Assembly (NCBI GenBank): GCA_009840635.1
Contig: VXNL01000044.1
Location: 7,268-71,267 of the forward strand
DNA length: 64,000 nt
Source: Acidobacteriota bacterium
GTDB taxonomy: Bacteria > Acidobacteriota > Vicinamibacteria > Marinacidobacterales > Marinacidobacteraceae
Reading direction: 5' to 3'
Below, piece by piece: positions 28,596-37,877 of this stretch. How positions within the stretch are numbered: position 1 is the first letter of the stretch; every line of letters begins with the position of its first letter. A model generated the notes under the pieces. The model was not told the DNA's origin and did no database searches. It saw only the letters and a list, made by a program, of their open reading frames with translations. Made by a program: the position numbers and the translations under genes.

Positions 28596-29329
28596 GGGGG
28601 TCCCTCCTTCTCGAGGTAGTCGCGGGCGTTCAGCGCCTGGCCGGTGACGCCAGCCGATTTCCGGGAGGCGAGGACCACAAAGACCTCGGCGATCTCCTCA
28701 GGGGTCGGCAGCGTCAGCGGGTCTTCGGCTGGGTAGGCGGCGGCGCGCATCGGGGTGCGGGTCGCCCCCGGATTGACGCTGTTTACCCGGACCCCGGTGT
28801 CCGCAAGCTCGGTGGCGAGCGTCTGGGTGAACCCCTCCAGTCCGAACTTGGACACCGCGTAGGGCCCCCAGTTGGGCTTGCCGATCCGGCCTACGGTCGA
28901 GCTGACGTTGATGATGGAAGCCGTTTCCCGTTCGAGGAAGGCCGGAAGGAGCGGCTTCGTCACGTAAAGGAGGCTCGCGGTGTTGATCCGGAGCGTCTCC
29001 GCCCAGACCTCCGGGTCCTGCTCGAGGATGGGGGCCCGGACTCCCAGAATCGAGGCGTTGTTGACCAGGACCGAAAGGTCCGGAAAACGGGCGAGCGCGG
29101 CGCGCGTCATGGCTGCCGCAGAGTCCGGGTCCCCCACGTCCGAGGCGGCGCAGTCGATCCGCCCCGGGTGAGCCGCTTCGAGTTCGCCGGCAGTCTCCCG
29201 GAGGCGGTCCTCACCGCGCGCCGTGAGGAACACCTGAGCGCCTTCCCGGAGGAAGACTCGGGCGAGTCCGCGGCCGATCCCCGAGGAGGCGCCGGTGATG
29301 AGCGCCGCGATGCCTTCGAGCCGCCTCAT
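28586..29329 (-). CDS. SDR family oxidoreductase
   Basis: TGASSGIG cofactor motif and YAVSK catalytic motif. The ATG at 29329 overlaps the ccmD stop (ATGA). The track ORF extends 44 codons upstream. Confidence 0.8.
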   Translation of the reverse strand: MRRLEGIAALITGASSGIGRGLARVFLREGAQVFLTARGEDRLRETAGELEAAHPGRIDCAASDVGDPDSAAAMTRAALARFPDLSVLVNNASILGVRAPILEQDPEVWAETLRINTASLLYVTKPLLPAFLERETASIINVSSTVGRIGKPNWGPYAVSKFGLEGFTQTLATELADTGVRVNSVNPGATRTPMRAAAYPAEDPLTLPTPEEIAEVFVVLASRKSAGVTGQALNARDYLEKEGPPWA

Positions 29330-29469
29330 GCCCCCTCTCTCGGTAGTTCGGCGGCGCTCAGCCGCGCCCGCTCGCGGCGGAGGCTGCGTTCGAGGAGTCC
29401 CAACCGGACCACGTACGCCCCGAGCAGCACGAAGAAGGCTGTGTAACCGGCAGCAAGCCACTCGTTCAT
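29326..29469 (-). CDS. ccmD: heme exporter protein D (CcmD)-like small membrane protein
   Basis: 47 aa: MNEWLAAGYTAFFVLLGAYVVRLG followed by an Arg-rich tail. Lies immediately downstream of ccmC with a 4-nt overlap. Confidence 0.55.
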   Translation of the reverse strand: MNEWLAAGYTAFFVLLGAYVVRLGLLERSLRRERARLSAAELPREGA

Positions 29470-30200
29470 GGCGCCTCCGCGAGTTGCCGCTGGCGCATCG
29501 CTTCGACCGCGCGCGCCTCGCGCTCGAGTTCCATCCGCCAGGTGAAGAGCCACAGGAAGAGGAAGGTGAAGGCGGCGAGGCAGATGAGCAACGCGACCCA
29601 CATGTCGGGGTGCAGTCCCGCGTCCGGCCCGCCCATGATCACCGGCGCCGGATGCTGGGTGCGCCACCAGCGGATCGAAAAATAGACGATGGGTACGTCG
29701 GCGCCTCCCAGGATGCCGAGCACCGCCGCCAGGTTCGCCCGCCGGGTGGGGTCGTCCACGTAGCCCCGGAGCAGGAGATAGCCGACGTAGATCAGCCACA
29801 GGACGAAAGCCGTGGTCAGACGGGCGTCCCAGGTCCACCAGATCCCCCACGCCGGCTTCGCCCAGATGATCCCCATCGCGAGTCCGGTAGTGGCGAACAG
29901 CGTGCCGATCTCGGCGCTGGCGAGCGCCGCCATGTCGTAGCGCGGATTCCGGGTGCGGAGCCAGGCGATGCTCGCCCCGGCCACCAGCAGAAAGGCGGCG
30001 AAGGCGAGCCACCAGGATGCAATGTGGAAGTAGAAGATCCGCTGGAGGTCGCCCATCGTGAGTTCGGTGGGCGCGTAGAAGAAGACCGCCCAGATGGACA
30101 CCACGAGGCCCAGGGCGGCGGGGATCGCCCATCTGCCGCCACGCTGCGGGGCGTTGCCGTGCCTGACTCCCGGGCGCTTGCCGGGTGTTTCGCTGCTCAT
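29466..30200 (-). CDS. ccmC: cytochrome c-type biogenesis heme exporter protein C (CcmC)
   Basis: WWD motif (WGIWWTWDARLT) and two conserved His (FYFHIASWW, WWRTQHPAP). 244 aa. Confidence 0.9.
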   Translation of the reverse strand: MSSETPGKRPGVRHGNAPQRGGRWAIPAALGLVVSIWAVFFYAPTELTMGDLQRIFYFHIASWWLAFAAFLLVAGASIAWLRTRNPRYDMAALASAEIGTLFATTGLAMGIIWAKPAWGIWWTWDARLTTAFVLWLIYVGYLLLRGYVDDPTRRANLAAVLGILGGADVPIVYFSIRWWRTQHPAPVIMGGPDAGLHPDMWVALLICLAAFTFLFLWLFTWRMELEREARAVEAMRQRQLAEAP

Positions 30201-30246
30201 TCTCTCGGTTGGAGTCGGCTCGTTCGGCCAGGACTATACTCGGCGA

Positions 30247-31086
30247 ATGCGACCGTTCCGCCCCCTTCCGCGTTTTGCCGCGTTGCTAGTCGGCGCCGCT
30301 TTCCTGACCGCCGGGTCGGCGAACGCCCAGGTTCTTCCGGGCTCCGCGGACACCGCCCGCGACCGGTTGAATACCTCTCCCCGGCACGGCGAGTGGGTCT
30401 CGGTTCCGGCGCCAGGCGGTGACGCGGTCGAGTCCTGGATCGTGTATCCGGAGCGGTCGGATACCGCGCCGGTGGTGGTGGTCATCCACGAGATCTTCGG
30501 GCTCACCGACTGGATTCGGGCGGTGGCGGACGAAATGGCGGCCCAGGGTTTCATCGCTGTGGCCCCCGACCTGTTGACCGGCAAGGGACCGGACGGGGGG
30601 CGGACCGATTCGGTGGACAACGACGGGGCGCGGGCGCTGATCCGGGAACTCGACCGCGACGAGGTGCACACCCGGCTGAAGGCGGTGGCGGACTGGGCCA
30701 CCGCGCTGCCTGCCGCCCGCGACTCCTACGGGGTGGTCGGCTTCTGTTGGGGCGGACGCACGAGCTTCACGTTCGCCACCCACGATCCCGAACTCGGCGC
30801 GGCGGTTGTTTACTACGGAACCTCCCCCGACAGCGAGGCGCTCACCACGGTCGAAGCTCCCGTTCTGGGCCTCTACGGCGAGGACGACGCGCGGGTGAAC
30901 GAGACGATTCCGCCGGCGCAGGAGCGGATGGAGGCACTCGGAAAGTCCTTCCAGGTAGAGATCTTCGGCGGTGCGGGGCACGGGTTCCTGCGCGCCCAGG
31001 ACGGCCGCGAGGGACGGAATCTGACGGCGTCCTCGCAGGCGTGGCCGATGACCGTCCGGTTCTTCCGGGAACATCTCGGTTCCTGA
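30247..31086 (+). CDS. dienelactone hydrolase family protein, signal peptide
   Basis: GFCWGG nucleophile elbow. The ATG at 30247 gives a signal peptide (MRPFRPLPRFAALLVGAAFLTAGSANAQ). Confidence 0.8.
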   Translation: MRPFRPLPRFAALLVGAAFLTAGSANAQVLPGSADTARDRLNTSPRHGEWVSVPAPGGDAVESWIVYPERSDTAPVVVVIHEIFGLTDWIRAVADEMAAQGFIAVAPDLLTGKGPDGGRTDSVDNDGARALIRELDRDEVHTRLKAVADWATALPAARDSYGVVGFCWGGRTSFTFATHDPELGAAVVYYGTSPDSEALTTVEAPVLGLYGEDDARVNETIPPAQERMEALGKSFQVEIFGGAGHGFLRAQDGREGRNLTASSQAWPMTVRFFREHLGS

Positions 31087-31123
31087 ACGCGGGATTCCCG
31101 CACCTCGTTACCAGGAGGTACCC

Positions 31124-31615
31124 GTGGTTTCGAACCGTCCGCTGTTACTCGCCGCCCTGCTCGCCGGGGCCGCCGCGCCCGCCTTCACCCAAACCGACGA
31201 CATCTTTCACTTCGTCTTCGTCGGCCAGCGCGACTACACCACCGTCGGCCACGGAGATCACTCATTCACCGCCGGCGGGCTCCACGGCGTCCTGACCATT
31301 CCCTTCGCGGGGCCGGAGAGCCCGTTCACCGAGGACACCCGGCTCCACGGGACCTGCGCCACCGCCATCAAGGTCGAGGGTTCCGCGATCGCAATCGACT
31401 CGCACTGCACTCTCCGGGATCCCGACGAGGACGAGGTGTATCTGGAGGCCCATCGGGACTTGGGCGACGCCGAGGTCGGCGGCGGTGGGCAAGGCGCCTT
31501 CGTGTTCACCGGAGGCACGGGGAAGTTCGCCGGAATCACCGGAATCGAATGCCCGTACGAAGTCCACTACATGGACGACGACGACACGGTGGTCACGGGG
31601 CGGTGCCGGCCCTGA
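31124..31615 (+). CDS. hypothetical secreted protein
   Basis: GTG at 31124 with AGGAGG 7 nt upstream, signal peptide. The sequence composition is not Arg/Pro-rich junk. Confidence 0.5.
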   Translation: MVSNRPLLLAALLAGAAAPAFTQTDDIFHFVFVGQRDYTTVGHGDHSFTAGGLHGVLTIPFAGPESPFTEDTRLHGTCATAIKVEGSAIAIDSHCTLRDPDEDEVYLEAHRDLGDAEVGGGGQGAFVFTGGTGKFAGITGIECPYEVHYMDDDDTVVTGRCRP

Positions 31616-31699
31616 AGGCCTCGGAGCGCCGGCCTCCGGCCGGCATCGCTCCAGTTCTCCCGGTGGGGGTCCGCAGGGAGGCGAAACGCGCCTACGGGT

Positions 31700-33121
31700 T
31701 CAGCGGACCAGCGTGAACGCCTTCCGCGTTTCGTACACCTGTTCGCCGTAGAGGACGCGGATTCCGAGTTCATAGCGCCCCGGCGCGAACTCGTTCAATT
31801 CGATCTCCGCATTGGCAGCGGCCTGGCGGGTACTGGTGGGGAGCGCCTCCGGACGAACGAAACCGGTGTCTCGTCCCTCCCGGCTCAGGGTGTACTCGGC
31901 CACGATCTCCGGTAGCTCCCCGTCGTCCACGCGTTCCCCCGGGTAGAAGAAATAGAACGCGCCGAGCGTCTCGTCCTGCCGGAAAACCGCCGTCGACCGG
32001 GGTTCGAAGTGGGTGCGGCCGAACTGGAAGGCTCGTCCGGGAACGCGGCCGCTGTATTCCTGCATGGTGGTGTCGCCGTAGAGGACCACCGAGGAGAACC
32101 CGGGCTCGGCCTCGGGAAACGCCGGCGTCTCGATGTCCAGCCGGGCGGTCCCAAAGGCGTCCGACTGCTCGTCCACGACGCCGAGGAGCAGCCGGTGCCG
32201 GCCCGGAGGGAGCACCAGCGACGCCTCGAAACGGACGGGGCCTTCTGCGGACCGGATTTCGGTGTGCGCCGTCTCGAGCCGGTAGGTTGCGGCGCCCGGG
32301 CCTTCCGCTTCGGCCGACGCGGTCTTGGCAAACAGGGACGCCGCCAACTGGCCGTCCGTCCCGGGGGCGAGCGCATCGGCGGGAGTTTCAAAGAGCAGCG
32401 CCACGTAGGTCGCGCGGTCGTCCACCCGGAAGTAGGCCGGGGTGACCCGGAAGGAGAACCCGTCCCCGGGCGGACCGTCGCCGCTCAGATCGGCGAGCAC
32501 GCGCCGGGCTCGTTTCGATCCTCCCGCCGGCAGGTTCGGGATCACGAGCCGCCCCTCCTCGTCGCGGTCGAAGCCGACCTCCGGCCGCGCGATGAGACGC
32601 CGCCTCATCTCTTCCAGGCTCTCGTCAACGGCGGCGCGGTTCTCGAGGAAGAGTTGGCCCTCCTCGTCCCGGTAGTAGAGCGCCTCCAGCGTGTCCGCGA
32701 GGCCGTTGTCCGGATCGGGAGGGAAGGCCCAGAGGAGTCCTTCGGGAGTCTCGTCGGTAGCGGGCTGGGGCAGGGCCTGCACCGGCATGCCGAGCAGCAC
32801 GAAGACGCGCGACCGGTCATCCCCGCCGTAACCGCCGTCCTCGGAGAAGGTCGAATCGGCGAGCCGCACCCGCGCCAGATAGAGGTCGAGGATCTCGTTC
32901 TGGGGAGTGGACGGGTCCGGGTCCCGGCGTAGCCAGAACAGCCGCCGGAAGGCCTCCCGGTCGCCGTGCGTGATCGCCTCGATGGAGGAACGGCGCTCTT
33001 CCTCGGTCATCAGAAACGACTCCAGCCAGCCCAGTTCGGTGTCCGTGGGCCGGTCGCCTCCCTGGGCGAGCGCAGCCGCCGGGACTGACAACAGGAGGGC
33101 GGCAAGCAGCAGGGTCGGCAC
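31700..33121 (-). CDS. GWxTD domain-containing secreted protein
   Basis: Signal peptide, a TELGWLESFLMTEEER motif and a W..RDPDP..N region typical of GWxTD proteins. 473 aa. Confidence 0.6.
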   Translation of the reverse strand: MPTLLLAALLLSVPAAALAQGGDRPTDTELGWLESFLMTEEERRSSIEAITHGDREAFRRLFWLRRDPDPSTPQNEILDLYLARVRLADSTFSEDGGYGGDDRSRVFVLLGMPVQALPQPATDETPEGLLWAFPPDPDNGLADTLEALYYRDEEGQLFLENRAAVDESLEEMRRRLIARPEVGFDRDEEGRLVIPNLPAGGSKRARRVLADLSGDGPPGDGFSFRVTPAYFRVDDRATYVALLFETPADALAPGTDGQLAASLFAKTASAEAEGPGAATYRLETAHTEIRSAEGPVRFEASLVLPPGRHRLLLGVVDEQSDAFGTARLDIETPAFPEAEPGFSSVVLYGDTTMQEYSGRVPGRAFQFGRTHFEPRSTAVFRQDETLGAFYFFYPGERVDDGELPEIVAEYTLSREGRDTGFVRPEALPTSTRQAAANAEIELNEFAPGRYELGIRVLYGEQVYETRKAFTLVR

Positions 33122-33222
33122 GACGGAAACCTAGCGCGAGACGGAGCGCCGAACCCGTCCTCGGGCCGACCCGGTTCGGCTGCTATCGGCCGGCGGGAAG
33201 CTTCAATCCGCGGCGGCGCGGA

Positions 33223-33675
33223 TCAGCCCGTCGACGGGTGCGCGGGGCGCTCCTTGAACTCGAACTCCTCCTGGCAGCACCAGCAGGGCCCCGGGAGGTG
33301 CGAAGTGATGTTGCAGGTGAAGCAGAAGTAGTAGGGCTCGACCGTCTCGCCGTCCTGAATCGTGTAGAGGCGGATGATCTTGCCGAGGCCGTCCTCCTGC
33401 CAGAGCGCGACCTCCAGCGGATGCCGGTTCACCCGTTCGTCGGTGAGGATCTCGACCCGCAGGTCGGTCGGATCCAGCCGGTGGAGGGTGCCATCCGGCG
33501 ATTCGATTCCGAGCTGCTCGCCGAAGGTGCAGTCCGCCACCGGTCCGGGCTGGTCGTCCTTCAGGCAGACCGCGCGGCCGGAAACGATGACTTCACGTCC
33601 GTTCCGGGCGGCTCTCGTGACGGCGGGGGCGGCGATCAGGACGAGCGTCGCCCGAAGCGCATCGCGTCGTTGCAT
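33223..33675 (-). CDS. hypothetical secreted protein with C-terminal Cys cluster
   Basis: The ATG at 33675 gives a signal peptide (MQRRDALRATLVLIAAPAVTRA). C-terminal CFTCNITSHLPGPCWCC. Confidence 0.45.
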   Translation of the reverse strand: MQRRDALRATLVLIAAPAVTRAARNGREVIVSGRAVCLKDDQPGPVADCTFGEQLGIESPDGTLHRLDPTDLRVEILTDERVNRHPLEVALWQEDGLGKIIRLYTIQDGETVEPYYFCFTCNITSHLPGPCWCCQEEFEFKERPAHPSTG

Positions 33676-33812
33676 TGGACTGTGGAGATTAGCAGGGGAA
33701 CGGTAGTCATGCCGCTCGCGGAGCTTCGGCCCGCGCTGCCGACCCGGGGTCCATTGTCGCGGTGGCGGACCAAAGTCGGAGTGAGGAAGTCGCATTTGAC
33801 GCGGGCGCCCAG

Positions 33813-33842
33813 AACCGAATTAATGGGGGTTCCAATTCGGTT
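33813..33842. promoter_or_regulatory. AT-rich perfect palindrome AACCGAATT-N12-AATTCGGTT in the 390-nt leader of the TonB-dependent receptor gene
   Basis: Two 9-bp inverted arms with a 12-nt spacer in a locally AT-rich patch of a 70% GC genome, about 225 nt upstream of the receptor ATG. Confidence 0.25.
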
Positions 33843-34067
33843 GCGCCTCGTGTATGGGCGCGACCAAGGAGAGCTACCGCGACATGAGCCGAAGCAGCCT
33901 GTCCGCTGGACGGCGCGCTTCGGTTCGTGCAGTTGCCGCGGCGCTCCTCGGGGCAGGCTCTCCATTGCGTTCATGGACGGGTCGCGTCCCGCCGATCGAC
34001 CGGTCGCGCGACTGCATCTGTCCGTAGCGCCTCCCCACAGGCGCGTTCACTCGAAGAGGAGAGGGGT

Positions 34068-36650
34068 ATGAATTTCAGTAGCTGGACCGGGGCGAGGGCC
34101 CTGGCGGTGCTGTTCGCAACGCTGCTCCTGGGGATACCCGTCAGCGCGGCTGCCCAGTTGACTACCGGCGCCCTGCGCGGAACGGTGCTGGACCAATCGG
34201 GAGCGGTCGTGCCGGGAGCCACCGTGACTGCGACAAGCCTCGCGAACGGACGCGTTCGATCGACCGTTACCGGCGCGGTCGGTGATTTTCGGATGGAGCT
34301 CATCGAGCCGGGCGTCTACGCGGTCCGGGCGGAAATCACCGGTTTCAACCCTCAGGAGTTCGCCGAGATTCGGGTGGAACAGGGCGGGGTGGCCACCCTG
34401 ACCTTCGAACTCAGTGTGGCGGGCGCGACCGAAACCGTCGAGGTTGTCGCGGAAGCTCCGCTCGTGGACCTGAATCAGACGCAGCTCCGCACCCAGATCG
34501 ACTCGGAAGTCCTGGACGAGATCCCCATCAGCGGACGCCGTTTCCAGGACTTCTCCACGCTGGCGCCCGGTGTCCATATCGACTGGGGCTCCACGCAGGC
34601 CGGAGGCACGGACGCGATCTCGTTCTTCGGTTTCAACGAGCGCTTCAAGTCCATCTACGTGGACGGCGTGGACCTGAACGACGAGTTGACGGGGGGAGGA
34701 ACCGGCATTACGGACGCTCCGAGAGCCCAGTTCTCGATGGAAGCCATCGAGGAGATCAACATCCTCCGGAACCAGTTCACTGCGGAAGTCGGAAGGCAGC
34801 AGGCGGGAGTGATCAACATCGTCACCCGCAGTGGAACCAACGAGCTGCGAGCCCGGGTCTTCGGGTTCATGCGCGACGACTCCCTGGACGCAAAGAACCA
34901 CTTCGCCACCGGTGAGCTCCCGTTCCGTCAGCTGCAGTTCGGGGCCAATGTCGGGGGTCCGATCGTCCGGAACGAAACGCACTTCTTCGTCAACTTCGAG
35001 CGGTGGGATGCCGAGCAGGTCGCGACGATCGCGATCCCTCCGGGGTTGGCGGATTTCCTGCCTGACCCGCGCACCGAGATTCCGGCCACGGATGCGAGAA
35101 ACAACTTTTTCCTGAAACTCACGCACAGCCTTTCTGACAGTCATCTGTTCAATCTCAGCTATCTCCACGACCAGCAGGCGAGGACCGGTCAGGCGGCATC
35201 GGCCGATTCCGCGGCCGATGCGCGCTTCGACGAGGACCAGCAGGACGACGTACTCGTCACCCGGCTCACCTCCACACTGGGGCAGCGCACCGTCAACGAG
35301 TTGCGGGCATCGTTTTCTCGCAGTTTCACGGATCGGCCATCCAAGTTCGGGACCGCGGGCCAGCAGTTCCCGGGCATCTATACCGGGACCCCCACCAACA
35401 TGCCCCAGGGGCGCACTCAGACGAACTGGATTGTGTCGGACACGTTTACGACCGGGTTCACCGCGGGGGGCGAGCACTCCTTGAAGATCGGCGGCGAGGT
35501 CAACGTCATGCGGGTGCCGACCGGGCTCAACCTTTTCCAGTTCGGGCGGTTCACGTTCACCCAGGACGCCCCGCCGGGACCGATGAATCCGCCGGTTCTC
35601 TGGCTGGGAGCGCGCTACGCCTTCGACACCGGCGATCTGTTCAGCAACTTCTACGGAGTCTTCATTCATGACGACTGGCGCGTGAACGACCGCCTGACCC
35701 TGAACCTCGGGCTTCGCTACGACTACGAGGACTACAACCGCGGGTCGTACGAAGGCGCGGACTATCCGGCGCTCTCCAGCTACGAGGACCGGGTGAACTT
35801 CGTCATCAGTGCCCGCCCGGGAGGCGAGAACGCGGGGACGCTATACAAGCTGCGGGAGAACGACGCGAACTCATGGCAGCCCCGCTTCGGGTTCAACTGG
35901 GCGGCGACGGAAGACGGCCGCACGTCGCTCAGGGGCGGCTACGGGATCTTCTACGAAGGAGGACACGATCCGATCTCGGTGGCCGGCGTCCTGCGGCCCA
36001 ACCGCGCGCAGCTCTACGTCGCGCCCGGTGGTGCGTTTGACCTGCTCAGCTTCTACCCGGATCAGCCGCCGGATGACCTGTTGGCGACGTTCTTCCCGAG
36101 TTCGTTCGTCAGTGCGGATCCGGGAGTGTTCATCGAGTCGGCCTTTGCCCACCAGTTCACGGTGGGGCTGGACCGGGAGCTCGCGGCGGATGTCGCGCTG
36201 TCGCTTGACTATGCCGCGCTTCGAAGCCGGCAAAACCCGCGCGACGTCAACGTGAACCACCCTGACGCCAGCGGCAGCTGCCCGTTCATCGCGAGTTGTT
36301 CGCCCCTGGTCCTCAATATGAGCGACGGACGTCTGAACAGCGATGTCCTCCAGGCTCAGTTGCGCGGACGCATCGGTTCGCGGGGGCGCATCCTCGCGTC
36401 GTACACCTGGCTGGACGCGCGGGGTGATGGGCCATCGACGTCCCCGGACCTGAGGGATCAGGATTTCGGCCCGACACCGAATGATGTCCGCCATCACGTG
36501 GTCTTGAGCGGGAGCGCCACGCTCTTCGCCGATGTGGAGCTTGGGGGTGTCCTCAACTACGGATCGGCCTATCCGTACAACCAGGTCGCTGGGAGTGACA
36601 CGACGGGCGACGGGAATACGGCCAACAACCGGTCGCCGGGCGTCACCTAG
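34068..36650 (+). CDS. TonB-dependent receptor, Oar-like (carboxypeptidase-regulatory-like N-domain), terminated by an in-frame TAG
   Basis: ATG at 34068 with a GAGGAGAGGGG SD. Signal peptide, CarbopepD_reg-like N-domain and TBDR barrel. The reading frame continues after the TAG at 36648 (see next feature). Confidence 0.75.
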   Translation: MNFSSWTGARALAVLFATLLLGIPVSAAAQLTTGALRGTVLDQSGAVVPGATVTATSLANGRVRSTVTGAVGDFRMELIEPGVYAVRAEITGFNPQEFAEIRVEQGGVATLTFELSVAGATETVEVVAEAPLVDLNQTQLRTQIDSEVLDEIPISGRRFQDFSTLAPGVHIDWGSTQAGGTDAISFFGFNERFKSIYVDGVDLNDELTGGGTGITDAPRAQFSMEAIEEINILRNQFTAEVGRQQAGVINIVTRSGTNELRARVFGFMRDDSLDAKNHFATGELPFRQLQFGANVGGPIVRNETHFFVNFERWDAEQVATIAIPPGLADFLPDPRTEIPATDARNNFFLKLTHSLSDSHLFNLSYLHDQQARTGQAASADSAADARFDEDQQDDVLVTRLTSTLGQRTVNELRASFSRSFTDRPSKFGTAGQQFPGIYTGTPTNMPQGRTQTNWIVSDTFTTGFTAGGEHSLKIGGEVNVMRVPTGLNLFQFGRFTFTQDAPPGPMNPPVLWLGARYAFDTGDLFSNFYGVFIHDDWRVNDRLTLNLGLRYDYEDYNRGSYEGADYPALSSYEDRVNFVISARPGGENAGTLYKLRENDANSWQPRFGFNWAATEDGRTSLRGGYGIFYEGGHDPISVAGVLRPNRAQLYVAPGGAFDLLSFYPDQPPDDLLATFFPSSFVSADPGVFIESAFAHQFTVGLDRELAADVALSLDYAALRSRQNPRDVNVNHPDASGSCPFIASCSPLVLNMSDGRLNSDVLQAQLRGRIGSRGRILASYTWLDARGDGPSTSPDLRDQDFGPTPNDVRHHVVLSGSATLFADVELGGVLNYGSAYPYNQVAGSDTTGDGNTANNRSPGVT

Positions 36651-36875
36651 AACTCGCTTCGCGGAGACGGCTATTTCAGCCTGGATCTGCGGCTGTCCCG
36701 GACGTTCCGGCTGGGGGGTGACCGGAGCCTGCAACTGATCGTGGAGGGCTTCAACATCACCAACGCGGTCAACTTCAACAGCTACAACGGGAACGAGCAA
36801 AGCGCGCTGTTCAGGCAGGCGACGCAGGCCCTGAATCCGTTCCAGGCCCAGCTCGGGATTCGCTTCGACTTCTAG
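36651..36875 (+). other. in-frame 74-codon continuation encoding the missing C-terminal beta-barrel strands of the TonB-dependent receptor (ends ...QAQLGIRFDF-stop)
   Basis: Same frame as the upstream CDS. Encodes NSLRGDGYFSLDLRLSRTF...IRFDF with the terminal aromatic residue typical of OMP/TBDR C-termini. It has no start codon of its own. Confidence 0.6.
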
Positions 36876-36953
36876 TCGGGAACCCGCTTCGATCCCATGA
36901 TGCGTTCGCGCGACATTGCCCGACGCCATTCACTGCAACAAGGAAGGCAGGAA

Positions 36954-37832
36954 ATGAAAATGCTCACACGAATCGCGGCTACCGGAGTATCGCTGGTGCT
37001 TCTGGCGCCACAGGTCCTGGAAGCTCAGATCGATACCAGTACCGACGAAGGCCAGGTGGCCCAGGTGCTCCGCGAGGTGCGGCTGGCGAACGCGGCCGAC
37101 GATATCGACGGTGTTCTGCAGCACTACTGGAACGACCCGGGACTGACCGTGATCGACCCGGACGACGGCTTCAAGATCCACGGTTGGGCGGAGTACCAGC
37201 AGTACCTCCAGGACATGCGTACGGTCAGTCGAACGCTGCTGTGGCGCACCCGGCACCGCAAGCTGCACCTTTCCGGCAACAACGCGTTCGCAACCTTCCA
37301 TGTGACCCGGCACGTCCAGTTCGGCAGCACCGTCTTCAAGAAGCAGGAAAGGGGCACCTACGTCCTTCGCAAGATGGATGGGACCTGGCTGGTCGTCGCC
37401 CAGCACATTTCCGCCCTTCCGCCGATGCTGAAGTTCCAGCAGACGGCCGAAAAACAGGGCAGGGAGGCGGCCACCGACAGCACCAGTTCCTTCGATATCG
37501 ATGCCTACTTCGACACGATGGTCGACGATGTCTCGGTGTACGACCCGGCGTCCCCCTGGGTCTATGAAAAGGACATCTGGCGCACCCGGGTGGAACAGAT
37601 GATGAACATCCGGCAGTTCCTGGATCTGAACCAGTTCAACAGGACGGAGGTCGAGTGGGACGACATGCGGATCGTGACGGTGGACCGGGAGATCCGCCGT
37701 CCCGAGGGGAGCTTCACCGAGCGCAACCACGGTCGGATTACGTGGGTGTATCTGAAGCAGCCGGACGGAGAGTGGTTCCTCTGGCACGACCACACCTCGG
37801 AAATCCCGGAGGACTTCTCGTATCAGCGCTAG
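36954..37832 (+). CDS. secreted protein with two SnoaL/NTF2-like (DUF4440-like) domains
   Basis: The ATG at 36954 gives a signal peptide (MKMLTRIAATGVSLVLLAPQVLEAQ). The repeated W..DG.W... pattern is typical of NTF2-like folds. Confidence 0.6.
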   Translation: MKMLTRIAATGVSLVLLAPQVLEAQIDTSTDEGQVAQVLREVRLANAADDIDGVLQHYWNDPGLTVIDPDDGFKIHGWAEYQQYLQDMRTVSRTLLWRTRHRKLHLSGNNAFATFHVTRHVQFGSTVFKKQERGTYVLRKMDGTWLVVAQHISALPPMLKFQQTAEKQGREAATDSTSSFDIDAYFDTMVDDVSVYDPASPWVYEKDIWRTRVEQMMNIRQFLDLNQFNRTEVEWDDMRIVTVDREIRRPEGSFTERNHGRITWVYLKQPDGEWFLWHDHTSEIPEDFSYQR

Positions 37833-37877
37833 GAGACCGAGCTGAGAAAGAAGCGAACCCGGCAACCAGGCGGAACG

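Noticed and set aside
31121-31135. tRNA-like TΨC-arm-looking string ggtttcgaacc
   Set aside because: It lies at the start codon of a protein-coding gene (GTG at 31124 preceded by AGGAGG). There is no acceptor stem or anticodon arm around it.
33238-34071. 277-aa plus-strand ORF spanning the leader of the TonB-dependent receptor gene
   Set aside because: It overlaps the better-supported minus-strand secreted-protein gene and the intergenic leader. The translation is Arg/Leu/Pro-rich without motifs.
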